Made by a program: the position numbers and the translations under genes
Shown here: in pieces, positions 45,680 through 56,342 of the stretch
Layout: every line of letters starts with the position of its first letter
Numbering within the stretch: the stretch's first letter is position 1
Assembly: GCA_964005815.1 (NCBI GenBank)
Contig: CAXFSR010000017.1
Location: 1 to 64,000 of the forward strand
DNA: 64,000 nucleotides
DNA from: an uncultured Nitrospinaceae bacterium
GTDB lineage: Bacteria; UBA8248
Direction of reading: 5' to 3'
Notes under the pieces: generated by a model
Told to the model about the DNA's origin: nothing
Seen by the model: the letters and a program-made list of their open reading frames with translations, nothing else
The model's database searches: none

Positions 45680-46963
45680 CTATTCAATATTTTTCATTGC
45701 GAATTTTCCATTAACGATAGTTGCAACTGGACATCCTGTTAATTCCCAACCTGAAAATGGAGTATTTTTAGACCTGCTTTTAAATTTTTCTGGAATAACT
45801 GTATATTTTTTTTCTAAATCAATGATTGTCAGATCAGCCAATGATCCTTCTTCTATCTTATTACATGGAATTCCAATTGCCTTAGAAGGTCCTAAAGTAA
45901 ACTTTGCAATCATTTCATTTATAGTCAAAATACCTTCATGTACTAAACGATCAAGAGCTAGAGGAACCGCCGTTTCAAGCCCAACTACTCCGAATGGAAC
46001 TCTATCAAACTCAACTTCCAAATCTGCTTGATCATGTGGAGCATGATCAGAAGCAATGACATCAATAGTTCCGTCTTTCAACCCTTCAATAAGTGCAATA
46101 CGATGTTTTTCATCTCTAAGCGGAGGTGCCATTTTACATGAAGAATTAAAACCTCTAATTTCCTCATCAGTAAGCGAAAAGTGATGGGGTGTAACCTCAC
46201 ATGTTACGTTTACACCTTTCTTTTTAGCATTCCTTATCAAGTCGACAGCACCTTCAGAAGAAACGTGTAAGATATGCAACTTACCTCCTGTCAACTCAGC
46301 TAACCTCAAGTCTCGATAAACACAAATATCTTCGCTAGCATCTGGATTGGCTGAGAGCCCTAAACTAGTAGAAACAACACCTTCATGCATTACTCTATCC
46401 TTAGATAAGCTTATGTCTTCAGCATGATCAAGAATTGTCGTCCCTAGCATTTTAGAATATTCAAGTGCAGACCTCATCATAAAAGCATCCTTAATGGGAA
46501 AACCATCATCACTAAATGCTATGGCTCCAGCAGAATTTTGATCAGATAACTCGGAAAGTTTCTCTCCTTTCAATCCAATAGAAACAGCACCAATCGGATA
46601 AACTTTACATGCTCCTACTTCACGAGATTTCTTCAATATTCTCTCAGTAATTGAACTAGAATCATTTACAGGATCTGTATTTGCCATACATGCAACAGCA
46701 GTAAAACCTCCTGCGACTGCAGAACTTGTTCCACTTTCAATATCTTCTTTGTATTCTTGACCGGGCTCTCTGAAGTGAACATGCATATCTATAAACCCAG
46801 GACACACAATTAAGTTTGATGCATCCAGTATTTCGGTACCAGAGGTTCTCTTAATGTTTTTAGATTTTTTTATTATTTTCCCATCTTCTAAAAGCAGATC
46901 AAGAATCTCGTCAGTCTTTGTAATAGGGTCAACTATACGACCATTTTTGATTAACAATGACAC
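45680..46963 (-). CDS. pyrC: Dihydroorotase (type I)
   Basis: DMHVHFREPG, EVTPHH and SDHAPH. Confidence 0.96.
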   Translation of the reverse strand: MSLLIKNGRIVDPITKTDEILDLLLEDGKIIKKSKNIKRTSGTEILDASNLIVCPGFIDMHVHFREPGQEYKEDIESGTSSAVAGGFTAVACMANTDPVNDSSSITERILKKSREVGACKVYPIGAVSIGLKGEKLSELSDQNSAGAIAFSDDGFPIKDAFMMRSALEYSKMLGTTILDHAEDISLSKDRVMHEGVVSTSLGLSANPDASEDICVYRDLRLAELTGGKLHILHVSSEGAVDLIRNAKKKGVNVTCEVTPHHFSLTDEEIRGFNSSCKMAPPLRDEKHRIALIEGLKDGTIDVIASDHAPHDQADLEVEFDRVPFGVVGLETAVPLALDRLVHEGILTINEMIAKFTLGPSKAIGIPCNKIEEGSLADLTIIDLEKKYTVIPEKFKSRSKNTPFSGWELTGCPVATIVNGKFAMKNIE

Positions 46964-47010
46964 CAGTCAAACTCTCCTTTTACAAAAAACTACAAATATC
47001 AAAATAAGCC

Positions 47011-47934
47011 TTAGCCCGATAATAAGTAAAGAATAGACATTCTGCATGCAACGCCATATTCAACTTGTTCTAGAATGACTGAAAAAGGGCCATCTGCAAC
47101 ATTAGGAGACATTTCTATCCCTCTATTTATCGGACCTGGGTGCATAATCAACAAATCATCCTTAGCATTATCAAGTCTTGCCTCATTTATACCAAAAGTA
47201 TTGGCATATTCTCTTGCACTTGGAAATGCAGACCCTCCACCTCGTTCTAGCTGAATTCTAAGAGTGATCAATACATCCGCATCACGAATCGCATCGTCTA
47301 AGTTTGTTGTTACTCTAGCACCTAAACATTCTGCTCTTGCAGGTATCATTGTTGAAGGACCGCAAATTGTCACATTTGCACCAAGTTTCAACAAACCCGA
47401 AATGTCAGAACGTGCAACCCTACTATGAGCAATATCTCCAACAATCGAAACATTGAGATCTTTGAATGATTTTTTATGTTGTCTTATCGTATACAAATCT
47501 AACAACGCTTGGGTCGGATGTTCGTGACAACCATCTCCCGCATTTATAACTGCACAGCTAAGTTCGCGTCCAAGATATTCAGGAGCTCCAGACGATGGAT
47601 GGCGAACAACCAATACATCTGTTGCCATAGCCTCTATATTTCTAGCTGTATCTCTGAGTGTTTCTCCTTTCTGAGATGAGCTTGTCGTGGAAGAAAGATT
47701 AATAACATCTGCTGAAAGTCTTTTTCCTGCTATTTCAAATGATGCGCGAGTTCTCGTACTAGCCTCAAAAAACAAATTAACAACAGTTTTCCCTCGCAAT
47801 GTAGGGACTTTTTTTATATCCCTTTCATTTACTTCTCGAAATGAGTCAGTTTGATCAAGAAGAAATGTTATTTCTTCAGGAGTCAAATCACTCACAGAAA
47901 GGAGATCTTTTTTGCTATAGTTTTTAGTAACCAA
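47011..47934 (-). CDS. pyrB: Aspartate carbamoyltransferase catalytic subunit
   Basis: [15 protein letters not shown] and MHPGP. Confidence 0.98.
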   Translation of the reverse strand: MVTKNYSKKDLLSVSDLTPEEITFLLDQTDSFREVNERDIKKVPTLRGKTVVNLFFEASTRTRASFEIAGKRLSADVINLSSTTSSSQKGETLRDTARNIEAMATDVLVVRHPSSGAPEYLGRELSCAVINAGDGCHEHPTQALLDLYTIRQHKKSFKDLNVSIVGDIAHSRVARSDISGLLKLGANVTICGPSTMIPARAECLGARVTTNLDDAIRDADVLITLRIQLERGGGSAFPSAREYANTFGINEARLDNAKDDLLIMHPGPINRGIEMSPNVADGPFSVILEQVEYGVACRMSILYLLSG

Positions 47935-47953
47935 AAAAAAACCTTTTCATTAT

Positions 47954-48484
47954 TTAATTAACTGAGAACACTCCATCAGTGTCATCTATCTCCTTCATCA
48001 TCACTTTAATTAACTTTTTTTTCCCTATTAATAGATTTTTCCCTACAAAATCAGCCTTGACTGGAAATTCCCTCATTCCTCTATCAACCATCACCGCAAG
48101 ACGTAAATATTTAGGACGTCCAAAACTAATTAAAGTAGATAAAGCAGCTCTAATTGTCCTCCCAGTGTGAAGAACATCATCAACCAAGATCAACTGCTTA
48201 TCTTTACAAGAAAACGGTATTGAAGTTTTTCCTACAATTTTACTTCTCTTAATTTCACTTGAAAGGTCATCTCTGTAAAAAGTTACATCTAAATCTCCAA
48301 CTGATAAATTTATACCTGAAATATTTTTTATGTTTGAGGCAATTCTTCGTGCCAAAAAAATTCCTCTTGTTTTTACGCCTATAATTGCTAAGGGAAATTT
48401 TGAATCGGTATTTTCTATAATTTCATGAGATAGTCTCTTAATTGTGCTTTCAAATTTCTGCTGAGATAAAATTTCTTTCCTCAA
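47954..48484 (-). CDS. pyrR: Pyrimidine operon attenuation protein / UPRTase
   Basis: TRG, FYRDD and LVDDVLHTGRTIRAA; GGAG SD before TTG 48484. Confidence 0.93.
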   Translation of the reverse strand: MRKEILSQQKFESTIKRLSHEIIENTDSKFPLAIIGVKTRGIFLARRIASNIKNISGINLSVGDLDVTFYRDDLSSEIKRSKIVGKTSIPFSCKDKQLILVDDVLHTGRTIRAALSTLISFGRPKYLRLAVMVDRGMREFPVKADFVGKNLLIGKKKLIKVMMKEIDDTDGVFSVN

Positions 48485-48493
48485 AATATCTCC

Positions 48494-48524
48494 AAAAAAA
48501 ACCCCCAATCAAATGACTGGAGGC
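48494..48524 (-). terminator. Attenuator terminator in the pyrR leader
   Basis: GCCUCCAGUC-AUUU-GAUUGGGGGU stem followed by a U-run, immediately before the pyrR SD. Confidence 0.75.
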
Positions 48525-48570
48525 AAAATAAACTCTATGTACACACTGTAAAAAATCATAATTTTAATCA

Positions 48571-48602
48571 CCTTTTGCGCCTCTCGGGACGACAATTAAA
48601 GG
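48571..48602 (-). promoter_or_regulatory. PyrR-binding RNA loop
   Basis: CCUUUAA...CGUC-CCGAGA-GGCG...AAAGG matches the CUUUAA / GUCCNGNGAGG consensus. Confidence 0.85.
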
Positions 48603-48648
48603 AACACTGGTCGAAAGATAACACAATTGATACAAAAATCAAGTTTAA

Positions 48649-48963
48649 TTATTCTCTTCGCAAAAAGTTGACAACCCTAGGCAATTCATCCTCTAAAAAA
48701 TACCCATCATCTTTGTTTTCAATTTTCAAAGAAAATATCTGGTCTGGAAATTCGAAATCTTTTTTTGATTCAGGCAATTTAAGTACCTTTATTTCAAAAA
48801 TACTTTTATTTTGAATGACCTTAAGTGAATCCTTAAGCTTTATTTTATATGAAGATTTTATGAATTTTCCATTTACTTGGATTGAACGACTTTCTATAAA
48901 TTTTTTTATTTTTGAACGTCTTTTAACTACACGTGTATACAGAAGAAAATGATCTATTCTCAT
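48649..48963 (-). CDS. S4-domain RNA-binding protein (Hsp15/RqcP-like)
   Basis: MRIDHFL...VKRRS...VNGK..KSS. Confidence 0.8.
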   Translation of the reverse strand: MRIDHFLLYTRVVKRRSKIKKFIESRSIQVNGKFIKSSYKIKLKDSLKVIQNKSIFEIKVLKLPESKKDFEFPDQIFSLKIENKDDGYFLEDELPRVVNFLRRE

Positions 48964-48975
48964 CTTAATTCTTTT

Positions 48976-50445
48976 TTATTGTACATTTTGATTCCCAGAT
49001 TTGAGGCTGTGAGCATTCATAAAGTTAACATCAAAAACTATTTTTATTTTTTTTCCGTCAGTTACAAAAGTAAATTTTCTTCTATTTCTATTCAATGAAA
49101 CTTTCTTAATCATGTCCGCAAAACTTAGACTCCCAAGAAACTCATTTGGAACTAACATCCTTGTTCGATACCAGAATATCTTAAGCGCAGGATCTGGATT
49201 AACAAATACAGAATAGTTTTGAGGTATTCCACGGAGAATTTCAGGATCAAGAATGTTTTGCTTAGTCAATTTGAAAGAATTTGTAGACCAACGAGATTTT
49301 CCCTTCTTCACACCTAATTCCCAAGAGATTTTCTCTCTTCCCAAAAAAGGAGAGGAAGAAAGAAGTTTGATATCTGTAATTTTAAAAATAACGTGTTCTT
49401 TAATATTTTTAAAAAGCAAATCTAGTGTTCGATTTCCTGAATTCGTACCGGAATTATAAGTGATTTCCAAAAAAGCTGATTTTCTCAATTCACTAATCCA
49501 TTTTTTTCTTATAAGAACTGATTTTTCACTAAAAATTGTCTTCCTGATTTTCTCATGGGCTTCTTTCAATGGAATCATCTTCCCAGGAATGATTTTGTAT
49601 ACCAAAACAATATGCAACCCTGCTCTTGACTGGACTATTCCACTAACTTGATTCTCTTCAATTGAAAAGATAGCCTTTTCAAGTTCAGGAAGTATCTCAC
49701 CTTTTTTAACAACCCCGAGATCTCCACCAAGATTTCTAGAAGGACCTTTAGAATATTGCTTTGCCAGATCTGGAAAATTGTCCGGATTATTTTTCGCCTT
49801 CTTCAAAACTGTTTTAGAAAGAACTTTTATTTTCGAAATATCATTATTTGACATTTCTTCGTTTAAAGGAAAAAAAATCTGCCTGACTTTTCTAGAACTA
49901 CCAAGAGTCATCTTATCTGAATTGTCTTTATAGTAATTCTCAATCTCTTTTTTTGTCACCGTAACAATAGTATTTACGAAAATATTCTCAACTTTTTTTA
50001 TTAGCAACTTATCTCGAGTTCGTTTTTTGAATTTTTCCAGACTTGAGCCAGTGGAAATTAGATATTTACTCAATTGGTCTAAAGTAATCTTTGCTCTCTT
50101 CAGGACAGATGAAATAGCAAGATTTAATTCTCTATCTGTGACAGAAAGTCGAATCTTTTTTGCTTTTTGGATCAATAATTTTTTTTCTACAAGATTATCT
50201 AAAGCTTTTTGTTCTAGATCCTGTAATTTTCTATCTAAATCTTTCCCTTTATACTTTCTTTTAAGTTCAAGTTTCGCCATTATTACAAATTCTTGAAGTT
50301 CACTAAGAGTTATAATTTCTTCGTTTATTTTCGCAACTATTCTTTCTATTACAATTGGTTTTGCATATAAAAAATGCACAAAACATAGACTAATGACGAT
50401 TAAAGAAAAAAATATACACTTTTTCATTGTTCTTTTGTTCTCCAT
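48976..50445 (-). CDS. SurA-like parvulin PPIase chaperone with a C-terminal extension
   Basis: Signal peptide, IVAKINEEIITLSEL, FPDLAKQYS..GGDLG; ATG 50445 overlaps the upstream TAA. Confidence 0.85.
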   Translation of the reverse strand: MENKRTMKKCIFFSLIVISLCFVHFLYAKPIVIERIVAKINEEIITLSELQEFVIMAKLELKRKYKGKDLDRKLQDLEQKALDNLVEKKLLIQKAKKIRLSVTDRELNLAISSVLKRAKITLDQLSKYLISTGSSLEKFKKRTRDKLLIKKVENIFVNTIVTVTKKEIENYYKDNSDKMTLGSSRKVRQIFFPLNEEMSNNDISKIKVLSKTVLKKAKNNPDNFPDLAKQYSKGPSRNLGGDLGVVKKGEILPELEKAIFSIEENQVSGIVQSRAGLHIVLVYKIIPGKMIPLKEAHEKIRKTIFSEKSVLIRKKWISELRKSAFLEITYNSGTNSGNRTLDLLFKNIKEHVIFKITDIKLLSSSPFLGREKISWELGVKKGKSRWSTNSFKLTKQNILDPEILRGIPQNYSVFVNPDPALKIFWYRTRMLVPNEFLGSLSFADMIKKVSLNRNRRKFTFVTDGKKIKIVFDVNFMNAHSLKSGNQNVQ

Positions 50446-51386
50446 TACTTCAAATATATTACCTTTGCATTTTTCCTCAAATTCAAAATCCACTTATTCA
50501 ATAATTTACGGCCTTTTTTTCGGATAATCTCTTCTCTTATCATATTCTCAACAGAGCGAAAAGGTTTAACGTAAGCAGATCTTATTTCTGTAACCTGAAA
50601 AACATGAAATCCAGAAGGTGATGATATAACTTTACTAATTTCTCCAACCTTCAAATTTTCAAGTGCCTTACGTAATGACGAAGGTAAGTCCTTCAATTCG
50701 AGATACCCTAGGACACCTCCTAAAAAAGAATTAGGACCTATTGATTTTTCTTTTGCAAGAGCAGAAAAAACAGACCCTTTTAGTAATTGAGAATGAATTT
50801 CTAAAGCCAACTGTTTGTCTTCAACAACAATCTGCCTAACCTTCAATCGACGTGAAGTGGTATATTTTTTTATATTATTTTTATAAAAAAATCTCTTTTC
50901 ATCTTCTGATACCTGAATTTTTGAATAAATTTTATACTGAATGATTTTATTTACTCTTAAAATTTCTCTAATTGTTTTTAACCACTCATTTAATTTTTCT
51001 TCCTTTTTAAAGAATTTCTTTTTTATATCTTTCTGGTTTAGTGGGAAAAAAAGACTTTCAAGGTAACTATTCACTTCTAAATCTTCTACTTTCACATTCA
51101 TAGTTTTAGATGATTGGAGAATTAATTTTCTTTCAATCAATTGATCTATAAAAATACGAGTACTTGGGTCTTTACCCCCAATTTTACTTTCTGATTTCCA
51201 AACAATCGAAAAATTAGATTCTAAATCTTTTGCATTAATAAACTCATCATTCACTTGAACTAAGTTTGATTTTAAATCTTGAACCTGTTTCTTCTGAACA
51301 TCACTTTCACAACCAACAAGATGAAGATTAATAAAGAAAAGCAGCAGGATCGTCAGAGAATGATTTTTTTTTAGGAAAAAAATAAT
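50445..51386 (-). CDS. PrsA/SurA-like parvulin PPIase, probable lipoprotein; start uncertain
   Basis: FSALAKEKS..GGVLG..GFHVF; the frame stays open upstream of 51254 through a hydrophobic LVG-C lipobox up to ATT 51386. Confidence 0.75.
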   Translation of the reverse strand: MIFFLKKNHSLTILLLFFINLHLVGCESDVQKKQVQDLKSNLVQVNDEFINAKDLESNFSIVWKSESKIGGKDPSTRIFIDQLIERKLILQSSKTMNVKVEDLEVNSYLESLFFPLNQKDIKKKFFKKEEKLNEWLKTIREILRVNKIIQYKIYSKIQVSEDEKRFFYKNNIKKYTTSRRLKVRQIVVEDKQLALEIHSQLLKGSVFSALAKEKSIGPNSFLGGVLGYLELKDLPSSLRKALENLKVGEISKVISSPSGFHVFQVTEIRSAYVKPFRSVENMIREEIIRKKGRKLLNKWILNLRKNAKVIYLK

Positions 51387-51401
51387 TTAAACACCTTCCT
51401 C

Positions 51402-54400
51402 TCAAGTAAGATCTTTATCCAAAAAAGAAGTTTCTAAGCAACTTAAAATTTGTTCAATGTACTTTGAACTTTCTTCCCATGAAACGGATACTTCCACACT
51501 GAAATCATAATTGTCATTAAAAATAATTGTTGGAATAGCAAGTAGTTTTTCTGGAAATTTATACTCTCCGGGAATTAATCTTATCCAAAGTTTTTTCCCA
51601 CTAACCCGCAAAAGTGCAATTTTCAATTGTCTAGCACGTATACGAATCCGAGTTACTTCAAAAAGACGCGAAACTTCATCCGGAAATTTTCCAAAACGTT
51701 CAAATAATTCGTCATGGATTTCATCTAGTTCAAGAATCGATTTCAAATTAGATATCCGGTGATATATTTCAAGTCTTACATCTCTTTCCTCAATCCATGA
51801 AGAAGGCATAGAACCATTAATCGGCAAAATAATTTCTGGTTCATGGAACCTAGAAGTTATTCCTTTGGCGTCATTTACTATTTCTTCTAAAATCCTACAA
51901 TACATTTCGAAACCTACGGAAGCAATATGCCCTGATTGTTTATGCCCTAGCAAATTACCTGAACCTCGTATTTCAAGATCTCTCATAGCAATTTTAAAAC
52001 CTTGTCCAACAGATCTTACATCTTGAATTGCCTGAAGTCGTTCCTTTTCCTGACCTTTTAATTTCTTAATAGAAGGAACCATTAAATATACATGAGCTTG
52101 GTGTCGGTCTCTACCTACCCTGCCACGCAGTTGATATAGTTGAGCCAAACCAAATCTATCAGCTCGATTGATTATTATGGTATTAACTGATGGAATGTCT
52201 AGTCCACTTTCTACTATCGACGTACTTAACAAAACATCTACTTCTCTAGAAACAAACTTATGCATAATCTCTTCTAATTTTTTTTCTGACATTTGACCAT
52301 GTGCTACTAAAATTTTAGATTCGGGTAAGCATTTAACTAAAAGTTCATTTATAGCATCCAAAGAACTAATTCTATTATGAACGAAAAAAACTTGTCCCCC
52401 TCTTAAAAGTTCTCTTTTTATAGCCCTAGAAATTACTTCCTCATCAAAATCACATATATACGTCCGCGGAGGAAGCCTATCTCTAGGTGGAGTCTCAATT
52501 ACACTTAAATCTCTAGTTCCTGAGAGTGCTAATTGCAGGGTTCTTGGAATAGGGGTAGCCGTAAGAGTCAAAACATCTACTCCAATACTAATTTTCTTAA
52601 ATTTTTCTTTATGACTCACTCCAAATTTATGTTCTTCATCAACTATCAACAAACCCAGATTGTGAAATGAAACATCATTTTGAAGAATCCTATGAGTTCC
52701 AATTAAAATATCAATTTTTGAATCTGAAAGTTCACCTAGAATCCTTAATTGTTCTTTCTTTGTTCTAAAACGAGACAACATTTCAACTTTTACCGGCAAA
52801 TTTTTAAATCTTTCCTTAAAAACTTCAAAATGCTGATGTGCTAAAAGTGTCGTTGGAACAACAAGTCCAACTTGTTTTCCAGAAGAAATAGATCGTGTTG
52901 CAGCACGAATTGCAACTTCTGTTTTTCCAAAACCCACATCACCACACACAAGTCGATCCATTGGGGAACCACTTTCCATATCAGAAAGTACGTCATTAAT
53001 AGCCTGAAGTTGGCCAGGTGTTTCTTCGAATTCAAAATGAGAGTTCACTTCATTTTCAAAATTCACATCAGCTTTAAATTGGAATCCTTGTGATTGATTT
53101 CTTTCTGCATAAAGACTAACAAGATCTTTCACCATCTCATTAATAGACTTCCTTACTTTATTTTTTGTCTGAGACCACCTAATACCATCTAGCTTGTCGA
53201 GTTTTGGAGAATCTGGACCACGATATTCATTAACTTTTTTAAGATCATGCATTGGGATGTAAAGCCTATCTCCTCCAAAATATTCTAGTGCCATAAATTC
53301 ATCTTTATCTTCCGAATCTTCAAAAAAGACTTCTCCAAGAAATCTACCTATTCCATATTCATCATGAACAACACAATCTCCTTTTTTTAATTCTTTGATC
53401 CACTCTGAAGAAATCTGCAAAACATTATTTTCTGTCTGCCTTTTCTTAATATTCCCAAACAAATCTTCAACTTTAAAAAACAAAATATTTTCAGAAGGAA
53501 TTCTAAGTCCAGCAGACAAAGATCCTTCTAATAAAATAAGTTGAGAAAATTTGAGTTCAGAACTATTTTCGACAGAAAAGATTGGAACTTTTATATCCCT
53601 TGCTTCCAATAAATTTTTGATTCTATATAATTCTGTTCGATCGCTAGCAACTAAAACTACTAGACACTTAGACAAAATCCATTTCTCTATCTGTTCAAAA
53701 AAATAATCGAATCTTCCTCTGAAATAATCGGTTGATTCGGTATAAAAAGGACTATTTTTTTCGATTTGTTCTGCTTTCAAACCGATATCAGAAGAAAGAG
53801 TTTCAAGCTCTAAAGTGGGCCAAAGTTCAACCAATTCAAAAAAATCATCGGGAGCAATCCATTTAAGCTTAGGGTCAAAACCTATGAGACCTCTCTCTGA
53901 GGAAAGCGAAAACTCCTCTTCTATCGAAGACCAAAACTGTTCTGATTCAGATAATAAATTTGACTTATCAGCAAAAATCCATTGAGCATTTGATGGCACA
54001 AAATCAAAAAAAGTAGAAATATCTTCTGAGAATAAGGGTGACATATTTTCAATGCCTGGAAAATATTCTTCTGATTGAAACAATTCATACATTGTTTGTA
54101 TCTTAAAATTACTATCTGAATCATCTTTCAAGAAAGATTCGAGTTTATTCGAACAAAGAACTATCTCCTCCTTACTCATCAAGATTTCTCTTGGAGGATA
54201 AAGCTCAGCTTTTTTAAAAGATCTGTTATTTCTTTGCGTGTCAGGATGAAACTTTTTTATTGAATCTATTTCATCTCCTTTTAATTCAATTCTTGTTGGC
54301 ATCTTAGAATGAGGTGAAAAAAAATCAATAATTCCACCGCGTACAGCAAATTCTCCTTTTGACTGAACTACTGAACGTTTTTCATATTTCATTTCATTTA

Positions 54401-54875
54401 GAATCATCAATAAATCTTCATGCTTAAAATGTTCCCCTTCTTTAAGTGAAGTAACTTGTCCCAGAGATTTTTTGAGATTGAATATTTTTTCTGAAATAGC
54501 TTTAAAAGTAGTTAAAAAGATTCCTCTAGCCTCACTTCTGAGGAAATTTATAGATCTAGAACGTTCACCTAAGATATCAGACGATGGGGATAAAAATGAA
54601 TAAGGGAATACATCTCTTGAAGGAAAAACATGCACACAATCATTTTCAAAAGGTGATTCATTCTGAAAATTAATAAAAATAAGCAAATTCTTTTGAATTC
54701 TTCTAATTTCTTTTTCATCTTTCCCAAGATAAATAATGGAACTAGAATTTTTTATATATAGGGAACTTAAGCACCAAGCTACCGAAGCTTCATTGAAATT
54801 TGAAACTGGAACTTTTATTTCTTTATTTTTACTATAAGGTGTTGAGGAATGACTTATTTCCATTAGACATTTCAA
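51402..54875 (-). CDS. mfd: Transcription-repair coupling factor
   Basis: RGGIIDFF, CarD-like domain, GDVGFGKTEVA, DEEH and QLRGRVGR. Confidence 0.98.
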   Translation of the reverse strand: MKCLMEISHSSTPYSKNKEIKVPVSNFNEASVAWCLSSLYIKNSSSIIYLGKDEKEIRRIQKNLLIFINFQNESPFENDCVHVFPSRDVFPYSFLSPSSDILGERSRSINFLRSEARGIFLTTFKAISEKIFNLKKSLGQVTSLKEGEHFKHEDLLMILNEMKYEKRSVVQSKGEFAVRGGIIDFFSPHSKMPTRIELKGDEIDSIKKFHPDTQRNNRSFKKAELYPPREILMSKEEIVLCSNKLESFLKDDSDSNFKIQTMYELFQSEEYFPGIENMSPLFSEDISTFFDFVPSNAQWIFADKSNLLSESEQFWSSIEEEFSLSSERGLIGFDPKLKWIAPDDFFELVELWPTLELETLSSDIGLKAEQIEKNSPFYTESTDYFRGRFDYFFEQIEKWILSKCLVVLVASDRTELYRIKNLLEARDIKVPIFSVENSSELKFSQLILLEGSLSAGLRIPSENILFFKVEDLFGNIKKRQTENNVLQISSEWIKELKKGDCVVHDEYGIGRFLGEVFFEDSEDKDEFMALEYFGGDRLYIPMHDLKKVNEYRGPDSPKLDKLDGIRWSQTKNKVRKSINEMVKDLVSLYAERNQSQGFQFKADVNFENEVNSHFEFEETPGQLQAINDVLSDMESGSPMDRLVCGDVGFGKTEVAIRAATRSISSGKQVGLVVPTTLLAHQHFEVFKERFKNLPVKVEMLSRFRTKKEQLRILGELSDSKIDILIGTHRILQNDVSFHNLGLLIVDEEHKFGVSHKEKFKKISIGVDVLTLTATPIPRTLQLALSGTRDLSVIETPPRDRLPPRTYICDFDEEVISRAIKRELLRGGQVFFVHNRISSLDAINELLVKCLPESKILVAHGQMSEKKLEEIMHKFVSREVDVLLSTSIVESGLDIPSVNTIIINRADRFGLAQLYQLRGRVGRDRHQAHVYLMVPSIKKLKGQEKERLQAIQDVRSVGQGFKIAMRDLEIRGSGNLLGHKQSGHIASVGFEMYCRILEEIVNDAKGITSRFHEPEIILPINGSMPSSWIEERDVRLEIYHRISNLKSILELDEIHDELFERFGKFPDEVSRLFEVTRIRIRARQLKIALLRVSGKKLWIRLIPGEYKFPEKLLAIPTIIFNDNYDFSVEVSVSWEESSKYIEQILSCLETSFLDKDLT

Positions 54876-54882
54876 AAAAGAA

Positions 54883-55287
54883 TCAAGACATAAAAATGTA
54901 AATTACAACCAAAAGTAATAAAAGAAAAATTGTTATATAAAAACCATTAAGGAAACTTCTTCTCTCATTTTTCAAAGTTGGTCTAAAAGATGAATCGCCC
55001 ATTACCTCATCTAATTGAAAAATTCCTTTTTCCTGATCAAATTTGGTTAAAACATGCTCGGGGTCAAGTTTAAGTGATATCGCAACTGCCTTTAAGAAAC
55101 CACGCGAAATAACATCTGCAGGCAGTGGGGAAAGATCATTTTCCTCAAAACATTCCAAATAAAATTTACGGATTTTTGTTTCGTTAGAAATTTCCTCTAG
55201 GCTCATCTTAAGACCTTCTCTAGCAGACTTAAGATAACTACCTAAACGCTCTTCATTTTCCTGAGGGCTTACTTCAATTTCATTCAT
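54883..55287 (-). CDS. RodZ-like HTH protein with C-terminal TM helix (no periplasmic domain)
   Basis: LGSYLKSARE...SLEEIS.ETKIR...RGFLK and a hydrophobic C-terminus. Confidence 0.8.
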   Translation of the reverse strand: MNEIEVSPQENEERLGSYLKSAREGLKMSLEEISNETKIRKFYLECFEENDLSPLPADVISRGFLKAVAISLKLDPEHVLTKFDQEKGIFQLDEVMGDSSFRPTLKNERRSFLNGFYITIFLLLLLVVIYIFMS

Positions 55288-55322
55288 ATTTGAACACCAA
55301 ATTTTTCAATGAAGTAAGAAAA

Positions 55323-56342
55323 TTAGAATTCACGCTGAACCGCATTAGCAAAAACTTCAAGATCTCCCATCAACTGCTTGAACATTTCGGGCTTCAAAGA
55401 CTGAGCCCCATCAGACATTGCTTGAGAAGGATCCGGATGTACTTCAATCATAAGACCATCAGCGCCACAAGCAATTGCAGCTTTAGCAAGTGGAGCAACA
55501 AATCTCCAAGCACCAGCAGCATGACTTGGATCAACGACAACTGGTAGGTGAGTAAGTTCCTTAAGAACAGGAACCGCAGTTATATCTAAAGTATTGCGAG
55601 TTGAATTTTCGAAAGTTCTAATTCCTCTTTCACATAAAACAACATTCGGATTTCCTTGACTCAAAATATATTCTGCAGACATCAGAAATTCTTCAATCGT
55701 TGTAGACATACCTCTTTTCAAGAAAACTGTCTTCTTTGTTGTACCCACTCTTTTCAACAAAGAAAAATTTTGGATATTTCTAGCACCAATCTGCAAAACA
55801 TCAGCATATTCACATACCAAATCAACATCTACAGTATCCATAACTTCTGTTTGAATTGGCAACCCTGTCTTTTCTCTAGCTTCTGCAAGAAGTTTAAGTC
55901 CTTCTTCGGCCATTCCTTGGAAACTATATGGGGATGTTCTAGGTTTATAAGCACCTCCTCTAAGAACGTGACCACCACCGTCTTTTACAGCATCAGCAGA
56001 AGATAATATTTGTTCTCTGCTTTCAACAGAACATGGTCCACCCACAACAACAATCTTTTCTCCTCCGATTGTCACACCTTCTCCCATTGGCACAATACTT
56101 CTCTCAGGCATGCCTTCAGAACTTGCAAGTTTATAAGGTTTTAAAATTGGCACTACACTTTCAACACCTGGAAGAGTAACAAGAGATTCCAGCATATTCT
56201 TTCCTCTTTCATCTCCTACAGCACCAATAACAGTTCGTAAAACACCTTGAATAAGATGCTCTTCTAGGCCTAGTTCTCTAATTCTTTCGACAATCCTTTC
56301 AATCTCATCGGGGGTAGCATTCTGCTTCATAACAACTATCAT
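55323..56342 (-). CDS. aroF: DAHP synthase, type I-beta with N-terminal regulatory domain
   Basis: [28 protein letters not shown] and DPSHA. Confidence 0.96.
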   Translation of the reverse strand: MIVVMKQNATPDEIERIVERIRELGLEEHLIQGVLRTVIGAVGDERGKNMLESLVTLPGVESVVPILKPYKLASSEGMPERSIVPMGEGVTIGGEKIVVVGGPCSVESREQILSSADAVKDGGGHVLRGGAYKPRTSPYSFQGMAEEGLKLLAEAREKTGLPIQTEVMDTVDVDLVCEYADVLQIGARNIQNFSLLKRVGTTKKTVFLKRGMSTTIEEFLMSAEYILSQGNPNVVLCERGIRTFENSTRNTLDITAVPVLKELTHLPVVVDPSHAAGAWRFVAPLAKAAIACGADGLMIEVHPDPSQAMSDGAQSLKPEMFKQLMGDLEVFANAVQREF

